From Elsinoe ampelina (taxonomy: Eukaryota): 64,000 bases of DNA. The stretch covers positions 1,603,234 to 1,667,233 of the forward strand of contig ML992503.1 of NCBI GenBank assembly GCA_010093995.1. The letters are read 5' to 3'. The notes under the pieces are model-generated. The model made no database searches. It saw only the letters and a list, made by a program, of their open reading frames with translations, and was not told where the DNA came from. This document shows, piece by piece, positions 56,186-64,000 of the stretch. The position numbers were made by a program, and so were the translations under genes. Each line of letters begins with the position of its first letter. The first letter of the stretch is position 1.

Positions 56186-58982
56186 GCACGAAGCTCGACA
56201 CACGGGGTACTGGATGAGGAAAAGATATACACAGTCGGCAGCCCATACTTTGCGTTGCAACATCAGTGGAAAGAGTCTCCCTGTAAATGCACATTCCCAT
56301 ATCACTCTCGTTCAATCGACAAAGCTCAAGCAAACAGAGAGTCCAATAGTTCATCACAGTCGTACTGCAAGGCGACATGAGCACGAGGTCGATGAGCACA
56401 CCATTCGAGTGACGTGCTTCTTCACCACAGGTACTTGTACGTGCATTGACTGGCGTGCGCAACCATGACCATAAGTCTAGTGTATGACCCATCTCTGATT
56501 CGAGGTATTGTCGACATGACGGTGCATATATGGTTGGAAACGTGCATATCATTCAGCTCTTCACCGCTGTTTGGTCCCGTGGGCGGGTCGCACCGTTTGC
56601 CCGCAGCACACAAAAAGATCACCAATCCCGTGCAACCGTCTCGAACTCTACAACTGTTTTTCAACCTCATCTCATGACCTGATACAAGTGTCGTGACGAT
56701 GACAAGAGAAGAAAAATGCGGCGGAGGTGCAGGGACACAGCGCGTCTCGTGAGTAGCACGTCTCGTGAGTTACACAGGATCTCGCCAACGATCTGACAAG
56801 TGCGGCTGAAACACTGAGAGCGACAAGCAGGGTCAAGAGAGAGAGAGATTCCTTGGTAGGAACCGGGCAGTCGACCATGTCACTTCATCAGTGCGCTCCA
56901 TGAGATATTCGGCGATGAAGAATGACAAATGGCCGACATGACGGACGCCAGTCTTCCTGGATCCCCTCGATTGGCAACTCGTCAGTGAGACTGCATTGAT
57001 TGGTGACGAGTTCCTAATCAAGCGGTGCACACGTGTAGCCATATCGGATACAGGCTCGCGCTGGAAGGGAAAGCCACTCATGCTACGATGCTACAGGCCG
57101 AAAGCGCAGCCTCATCCACTTGTTACTGTCCTGCGAACCGGGTTAATCACTCTCAGCAACTCGCTCGAGATTCAGCTTCTTTTCGGAGGTACATGCGGCA
57201 CGCGGAGCTGGCAGCTGTAGTGGTTGCAAGCTCTGACTCCCAAGCTCAGCTACTGGTGCCGGAGGCTTCCCCAAAGTATCCTGTCCAATCACTCGTACGA
57301 TTGACCTGTGATGATTTGTGTTCCTCACCACGCGTTTCCTTGGATCTTCGATGGACTACATTGGAACTTGGACATTCTCAGCGCGACACCAAGCCATCTT
57401 CCTGGCAAAAGATGCCGCGTCCGTCTTCCCCGCCGCCTGCGCTGCAAGGGATGACAACGAACAGTTCCACAGCCCTGGGACAGTATTCTCGAGTCCTGCT
57501 GTCCAAGCGTGCTGTGATGAACACCAATGTGCCTGGTCCACGGATCCGGTTTCCCCGTTGGACGTCTTTGGCAGATGCACCCGAGCTTTACGTCTGTCCA
57601 GTGCGACCCTGACCCGCCTGGCTGGAGTACGCTGGCGGAAGTAGAATCCCCGCCAAACGCGTAGAAGGGATTTACGGCGAAGACTTTCCCAGCGCTTGCA
57701 CATGGCTCAAAAGGTGCAGGAAGGATTGGCCTTGTTGCCCCAATCACCAACGCATCAGGATCGTCATTTGTCTGTTCCACAAAGAAATCTCTGATATCAC
57801 CAACCACACGATGCTCGAACACAGGAGTCAAGACGGACCAGTCGCCTGCCGTCGCAGATCAAAAGGCCTTGCTCTGAGGCCGCCATGTGTCTTCATGAGC
57901 CTCAAAGTAAAGTCAAATCATATTTCGAAGACGCCTTCTGGGTCGTACATCCGACATGTGTTCCGATTCAATATCAACCATGTTTTCCCAAATCTTTGTG
58001 TTCTCAGCAACAGACTATGGTCTCTGTGTCATGTTCGGAGAGATTTATGCACCATGAATGGTGCTCACTTACATGGTCGTTAAAGTCTATATAAGCATAC
58101 GAAGTGGTCACCAGGACTCTCGGAGGGTTTCCTCCATCGCAACAGGTTCGTCTCAGCAACTACCTCAGCCCATACAACGCAGCACGGATCACCATCTAGT
58201 GCAGTCTACCGACATACGACTCGGCCGTGCAGATTTATCTGTCTCAGAGACCGCTGTCGACTCAAGAACCAGCACAATACCAGACAATGGATCCGTTCGC
58301 GACGACAATCTCCCCGAGCTATTTGTAACGGACACAACTACCTCACTCACTCACGAACCTGCGTTTACAGAACCTGCACATACGGATCACGGCTTCTGCG
58401 ATGCGATATCCGATACATCCCTCGTGAGTGACGTTTGTATGTGCACCAGTCAGACACTAATGCTTGTTCCAGGAGCTAACATGTGTCGGAGGCGTATTTG
58501 AGTCTCCCGTACGTTCTCCCCTTCCAACACATCTTTAGCATGCGGCTTATCAGCTTGTGCGGCATCCCTTGCTAAGCGTGGGGTGCAGCGGAGACGGCGG
58601 GGATGCCAAGCACGGATGGCGGAGAATGTCTCCATCCGCACAACATCTCCAGCAGGCGGATCTTCCGACACCACCTGGTTGGTCGCGTTTCACTGATTCC
58701 ATGCAGGTAGACGGAGGCGGCAGAAGATCCTGACTGTGTGCAACTACCAAGAGCTGGGCGTGCATGTGCCCCGCTAAGGCGCCCAGGAACAGACAAGATC
58801 TACGACTCCTGCAGAGTCACATTACCAGCGTTCGTGGTGCACATAAGAAGATGATAATCCAGCTTTGTCTTTGGACCGGGCTACCGAGCACTCCTCGTTT
58901 CCCACGCTCATCTATTACCAATAAGTCCCATCAAGCATCATATAGATTCATATACCTACACGACAAGAGATAGCCCAACATC

Positions 58983-59283
58983 ATGAAGCTTAACATACTT
59001 ACACTGTCTCTCCTTTCCATCTTGGCTCTCGGAGCTCGGGCGTGCCAGCGACCAGGAGACAGCTGTGGCTGTGGGTCCACGACCGTATGCGAGTGTAACT
59101 CTGGCAGAGCTGTGGGTCTCTCTCTTCAATATGAAGCACGTTACTGACGGCACTCAGCTTGGATGTAGAGGCACCAGAATTTGCACCCGTTACGTTGTCC
59201 AAGACTGTCCGGTGCCTCCAGGAGGAGGACTGCAGTGTGTCAATGGAAGGTGTACGGCGTTTGGGAGAAGGTTCATGGCCTGA
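58983..59283 (+). CDS. Small secreted cysteine-rich protein (84 aa, 10 Cys), effector or antimicrobial peptide candidate, 2 exons
   Basis: Exon 1 58983-59111, intron 59112-59157 (GTGGGT..ACTGAC..CAG), exon 2 59158-59283. Translation MKLNILTLSLLSILALGARA-CQRPGDSCGCGSTTVCECNSGRA|LGCRGTRICTRYVVQDCPVPPGGGLQCVNGRCTAFGRRFMA. Confidence 0.88.
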
Positions 59284-60987
59284 TCAGGGTCACTTGGTGC
59301 GCGAGTCAAGATGCGAGATGCCCGAGATGCCGCTTTCAGGATCCGGGATGTCTGTGTCATGTTGTTGTATCACGTTAACGAGGGCTAGTCGGACGGATGG
59401 CGGGGGAAATGACCGGGATCGATTTGGATATATATGGTGGGCGAATCTTTACGTCCAGTCGCTTGGTCTTCTTTTTGACATTACTTGCATTAAATTGTTG
59501 ATTGTTGTTGAAACCACCTCTCATCGCCCCGTCTATAAGCTTCGACCGGACGCAGATGACGTGAGTCTGTACCAAACTCTTCGACTTGCCCCTTGCGCCG
59601 GCAAAGCTTGTTCCAACGAAACGAGCAACGGCCCATCGACTTCATGTCACCGACATGGAATGGCCACGCCTACGGCTCCTCCTCGATGACGCTTCACCAC
59701 CATAGAAACCCTCAGCCACAACCTGAATCTGCTGGATTCTGACGCCCAGACCGGAGCCGCGGATTGTGCTTCCCCGGAGCTAGGAGTGTTGTCAGCCACA
59801 GGTGCAACGAAAATTTTTTCATCCCTGCGGCAGGGAATGCCTTGCCAGGCACGCGGGTCTTGGACGCGGTCAGCTGGCATTTGTTGCCCGTGGTTCGAAG
59901 GGCAAGCAGATCTACGTGGAAAGGCGGCGCCATAGTAGGGACTGGCCACGTCGCGCACTGCAATTTATCATTGCGGGACCGCATCATTACGTGCATTCGA
60001 TGCCGCCCTATATCAAGAACGACAGATTGAGCTATTGGATGCCACCGTCGAGTGTGTAGGTGAGTACACAATTCTCTTTGAGATCAATGGCAGATAGATA
60101 TGGTGGAGCATTCGCGACAACGAGAAGCACCCCAGGAAGTGATCGACACACCAACAGCCTTTCTCCAGTTCCCCGGCCTTTGATCTCCTTCTACAAAACT
60201 TACCGTCCCGGGATGCACACCGTGAAACGTTGAGGGAGACCCACTCTCCCAGTGCCCAACAAGGATCACGCAGCATGATTGCATCGCTAAGAACGACGCT
60301 TGGTCAAAGCGGACTAGGCATCGATATGTAGCTGGTCCGCGACCTGGAGTGCACATTGGGGCCGCAACGGTACATCGGTACCACATGGAAGATGCAAAGA
60401 GTGGATGCGGGTCAGGAACGGTTCGAAAATGTGCGTCGAGGTGTTCGATGTGTGGCTGAGCGACCTGACCTCTCCAGCAGCGTCATGTCAAATTTCCCGA
60501 ATGCCAGATGCAGTGACACCCCCTCCTTGTTCACCTGTCCTGGCTTCTCACGTTCATTATTTATCTTCTCAACTAAACCTGTCATTTGTTCCTATCAGCT
60601 TCTGTTCTTTCCCTTGTATAGAGATCGTTCTGCCCAAGGCACTCGTTGGAGACACACCTGATACCTTCCGTCCGCAGGACCCGAGCTCGTACGACATTCT
60701 ACCCAGCTTCAATCTGGCCGATCTCGACTTCTCGACCTTCGGTACTGCACACGTGAAGATCACGGCCCATCAAGACGAGCAGCCCATCATTGTTCCCAGC
60801 CATTCTCGCTCTGAGCTATCTCGGTTGCAAGCATTCGTACTGGGGCTCGTCACTTCATCGTACCGCACAACGTCATTGCTTCCTGCGACGACCACCCGCG
60901 GCGACTATCCGCGTGCAAGTACGTAACAGAAGCTCACTCCACCATCTCGATCTACTCCAGTACATCCACGCGCACAACAGCACCATC

Positions 60988-62085
60988 ATGGCTCCTGTTC
61001 TTTCGAAGATCCTTGACACAAACTCTCCAAACCCCCCTTCAGGGTTTGACTGCAATCGTGCCGGCTTCTACCTTGGCATTGGCACCTTCCTGGCTCTGTT
61101 GGTGCCTGGCTATCTCCTCAACGCTCAAGGATGTGACACATCAATCTGTACCCGCGAAGAATTCGTCATCGTCCTCAAAGCGACGCTCACTGATCTGAGG
61201 AACGGCATGGCACCCCTCAGCCAGGTCGAAAGAGCTGTGGATTGCGGCTGGACAATTGAGCGATTCGAGTCGGAGGTGGCAAGCATTGATGGTACACTTC
61301 GATGGATCAAGGCTCTACCGAAATCCCTCAGGGTCATTATATGGCCCGCATGGGATTCTTCTTTGGAGCGACGAACCAAGGACGTCTACAAGTCCATGAA
61401 GCTTCAACTCGGGTCTATGAGAACGATCAAGACTATCATGGCCATTGAGAACACTGTGGATGCCATTGAGATACGCCTCCGCAACTTACACAACATTTCC
61501 GACACCCTCGAAACTCTCAATTGGAATGACCAGAGCCTGCGTATGCATTTGGTCGACCTCAAGGTAATGCTAGACAACTTGAAGCATCAAGCCTCGCTAC
61601 CTGTCGAGTCCATCACCTCGCCCACCCCGACCATCGGAAGCCGTTCGACTCGATCCGATACTCTCATCGCTTCAGACGCACCCTTTGTACTCCCCACGCT
61701 TCAAGAAACCGAAGAAGATACACCTGAACCCGGCACACTGAATGTGGATCATGGAGCTTTAGGTCTAATCTATCGCGATGATGATGACGACACCTTGAAC
61801 CAAGATGTCCCGTCAAGGTCTGGAACACCTTTGTTGTCCATTCGTCGTAGGAAAACTTCGACGATTGATGGAGCGGCCAACGTCCCTACAAGTGCGGCTC
61901 CGCAAGGCTGCCCAGTCCAGCAGAAGTTGCATGAGGATGCCTTGCAGGATCAGGTACGCTTCCGAGCCATGTCGCTTCCCGACTTCAGGCTAACTTTAAT
62001 GCAGCAACTTTTTGGAATCGGTGCGCAGATGTCAGAGTTGGGCCCCGCCTTCACTGCTGGTCCTTCCGATCTTCATCGCGTCTAG
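60988..62085 (+). CDS. Orphan protein B: hydrophobic helix, helical/coiled-coil domain and disordered tail; paralog of the 55562 gene
   Basis: ORF from ATCATGG at 60988 with TM GFYLGIGTFLALLVPGYLL. Probable 51-nt intron at 61954-62004 (GTACGC..GCTAAC..CAG) and probable 5'-leader intron at 60919-60960. Confidence 0.78.
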   Translation: MAPVLSKILDTNSPNPPSGFDCNRAGFYLGIGTFLALLVPGYLLNAQGCDTSICTREEFVIVLKATLTDLRNGMAPLSQVERAVDCGWTIERFESEVASIDGTLRWIKALPKSLRVIIWPAWDSSLERRTKDVYKSMKLQLGSMRTIKTIMAIENTVDAIEIRLRNLHNISDTLETLNWNDQSLRMHLVDLKVMLDNLKHQASLPVESITSPTPTIGSRSTRSDTLIASDAPFVLPTLQETEEDTPEPGTLNVDHGALGLIYRDDDDDTLNQDVPSRSGTPLLSIRRRKTSTIDGAANVPTSAAPQGCPVQQKLHEDALQDQVRFRAMSLPDFRLTLMQQLFGIGAQMSELGPAFTAGPSDLHRV

Positions 62086-63280
62086 CTGGCGCTATCGATA
62101 ACGACTTACCTTCGCAAATGTACGATGTATACGACTGTATATCAAGACTTAGACGTCCATCACGAAGAGATCATACCGGAATACCCTCTCACGGCTTTGG
62201 CATATACAACTATTACGATATCTGGTCTAGGCAGACCACGTCCATTCCTTCCACTGTGGACATTACGATGTAATGCTTCACTGTCACAGTGTCATGACCC
62301 TGGTTCCTATCAAGAGTTTTTTTTGGCTTGCGTCAACGGCGTTTCAGCAGCAAGGTTAGGAAAAGCAAGGAGTTGGAGATGTACCGTTGATCATGGCACT
62401 CATTCATCAAGGAGGTTAAGTTGACGCTTCCTGGAGTTTCGTAGATTCGCATTTATACCCACAAAATAAGAGAAATGCCAAATTAATCTGGCTACATACC
62501 AGATATCCCCGCTTCTGCCCGCCTCGCCGGATCCAATCGGAACTAGATCCAGGTGCACGGCTTTCCAGGATCTGCTTGGATCCTCAGGGCCAAATCACCC
62601 GAGACAGATCGTGCACTTGATGCAACCACTGCAGGGGCGCCAGGTCTCGGGACGCCCTGATCGCTGTCGTTTGTCCGCGGACGGTGTTGAAATGTCGGTA
62701 GTGCAAACTCTACCGAGTTGGAGCTTTGCACCTGCCCATTGCACGTGTCCTGACCAAAGTTCGCTTGCCACCACACAGCAAAACATTCGTCTGAGCGTCA
62801 GGTGACTTCATAAGCTTCTGTTGAGCCTCTCGTTGAGCACCGGCGTCCTCACAGATCAGACCAAAAATGCAGAGAAACGAAGAGGTGTCAAGTTCGGGGT
62901 CCGTCCCGCGAACCCGCCGACCTCGGTGGGTCCACCCACGGCGCCAATCCGCGAGCTCTTGACCAATCAGGTCTCATCCTGATGGTGTGGTCCCTTTCGC
63001 TCTCCGAAGACCGGCTCTCCGCTTTATGTCGCCGACCGCTCCATCGTATCAGCTCACAGCCTAATCTCGGAGCTTTTGCCTGGCTTTACCGTCAGATGGA
63101 AGCTGTTTATAATGTCAGACATGCTCGGGCTCCTGTTGACGAGAGGCTGGCCGTCGATATGGGCTTCCCCAAGACTCAGAGCTTGCCTTCTAGCCTGCTA
63201 ACGGAGCGGTGAGGGTCAGTGTGGTATGACAGACCTGACTTTCAGCATTTGATCGCTTCACGAACTCTACCGTACCCGTC

Positions 63281-64000
63281 ATGGCGATCTTCTGTACCTA
63301 CTGTGGGCGAGGCTTTGCTCGAAACGAGCATCTCCAGCGCCATGTCCTTACCCGTAAGATGGAGCAGAAGATGGCAAGTCTCATAGCTGACGTGCAACAG
63401 ACACAAACCTGCGACCCTTTGAATGCCCAATATGTCACCTTACCTTCACGAGACGGTACATCGCTTGATACCGGATCTTCACGCTGCTTGCTGATTCTCG
63501 CCAGCGACCTGATGAAAAAGCACTTTATTGCTCATGACGCCAACGAGAAACCTCTCAACTCTGACAGCGCTGAGACCGCTCGAGCATTGGCCACCAAAGT
63601 CAGGACCTCAACCGCCTGCGCTAGCTGTGCGAGGACCAAGACCAAGTGTGACAACCAGCAACCATGTTCAAGGTGCTCAAGCAAAGGTCTCGAGTGCCTG
63701 CCGCGAACACCACGCCCTCGTGGACCTCGGCCGAAGCATAAACGGCTTGCTATGGAAGCAGCAGCAAGCACGGCCGCCGGGAATACAAGCCCGAAGCGAC
63801 TGTTCGAGATCGACGATGCTGCCCCCATGGTGGAAAGGGCGACTAAGAAGGCCAAGCTGAATCAACATGGAACGTCGCACGCTTCAAGGTGCGGCAGATC
63901 TCCAGAGTCATTGGCCATCAGTGAATCTCTGGAAGTATTAGATGCTTCCAACATGCTTCCGAAACTACTACCAATGCCTTCACCTGTACCAGGAATGGAG
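63281..64000 (+). CDS. Cmr1/Amr1/Pig1-like transcription factor (2x C2H2 + Zn2Cys6), truncated by the window end
   Basis: Spliced (introns 63354-63400, 63456-63504): MAIFCTYCGRGFARNEHLQRHVLT|HTNLRPFECPICHLTFTR|RDLMKKHFIAH...RTSTACASCARTKTKCDNQQPCSRCSSKGLECLPR. The frame stays open to 64000. Confidence 0.88.
   Translation, partial: MAIFCTYCGRGFARNEHLQRHVLTRKMEQKMASLIADVQQTQTCDPLNAQYVTLPSRDGTSLDTGSSRCLLILASDLMKKHFIAHDANEKPLNSDSAETARALATKVRTSTACASCARTKTKCDNQQPCSRCSSKGLECLPRTPRPRGPRPKHKRLAMEAAASTAAGNTSPKRLFEIDDAAPMVERATKKAKLNQHGTSHASRCGRSPESLAISESLEVLDASNMLPKLLPMPSPVPGME

Noticed and set aside
57025..57831. Overlapping ORFs on both strands, one with a coding-looking start (VFEHRVVGDIRDFF...)
   Set aside because: That ORF has no ATG start and no recognisable family; it cannot be distinguished from chance without a search.
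9272..62004. Six stop-free introns with length divisible by 3 (FZO1 9272-9319, PUB1 13502-13549, MFS 23220-23264, YRB1 30561-30614, KTR 35626-35673, orphan B 61954-62004)
   Set aside because: About 6 of roughly 44 short introns is close to chance expectation, so there is no evidence of programmed retention.
16228..62424. General UAG readthrough or codon reassignment, suggested by long open frames after TAG at 16227, 16835, 21925 and 62085
   Set aside because: Comparable long post-stop frames follow TGA/TAA genes (SMD2, the 31872 gene, the 56185 gene). Several TAG genes have immediate second stops and no conserved gene has an internal TAG. Only AMS2 and YRB1 were kept, on compositional grounds.

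Overview
Eukaryotic, intron-containing DNA from a filamentous ascomycete (Pezizomycotina). Gene content and style suggest a Dothideomycete, possibly Myriangiales, but that placement is a weak inference. Bases 1-49.5 kb are gene-dense and mostly housekeeping: YPT7, a THI74/SLC35F5-like transporter, SNF4, PTC1, DID4/VPS2, FZO1, PUB1, a putative Mediator-tail subunit, DAK1, SMD2, AMS2, TAF14, YRB1, a KTR mannosyltransferase, TUL1 and PIF1. A few accessory genes are interspersed: a duplicated F-box-like protein, an MFS pump with a mini Zn2Cys6 factor, an aromatic-acid decarboxylase and a secreted DUF1996-WSC protein. A 16-bp minisatellite with an assembly gap (49.7-50.4 kb) marks the transition to a gene-sparse accessory-like region. 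That region holds a small Zn2Cys6 factor, a stand-alone BRCT protein, two divergent orphan paralogs (N-terminal hydrophobic helix plus helical bundle) flanking a spliced 84-aa 10-Cys secreted peptide gene missed by the ORF track, and the 5' part of a Cmr1-like C2H2+Zn2Cys6 regulator. Other notable signals are recurrent, sharply localised C-rich to G-rich strand-skew inversions and protein-like in-frame extensions behind the UAG stops of AMS2 and YRB1. I found no tRNA, rRNA, CRISPR or recognisable transposon. All exon structures were derived by eye and no database searches were run.
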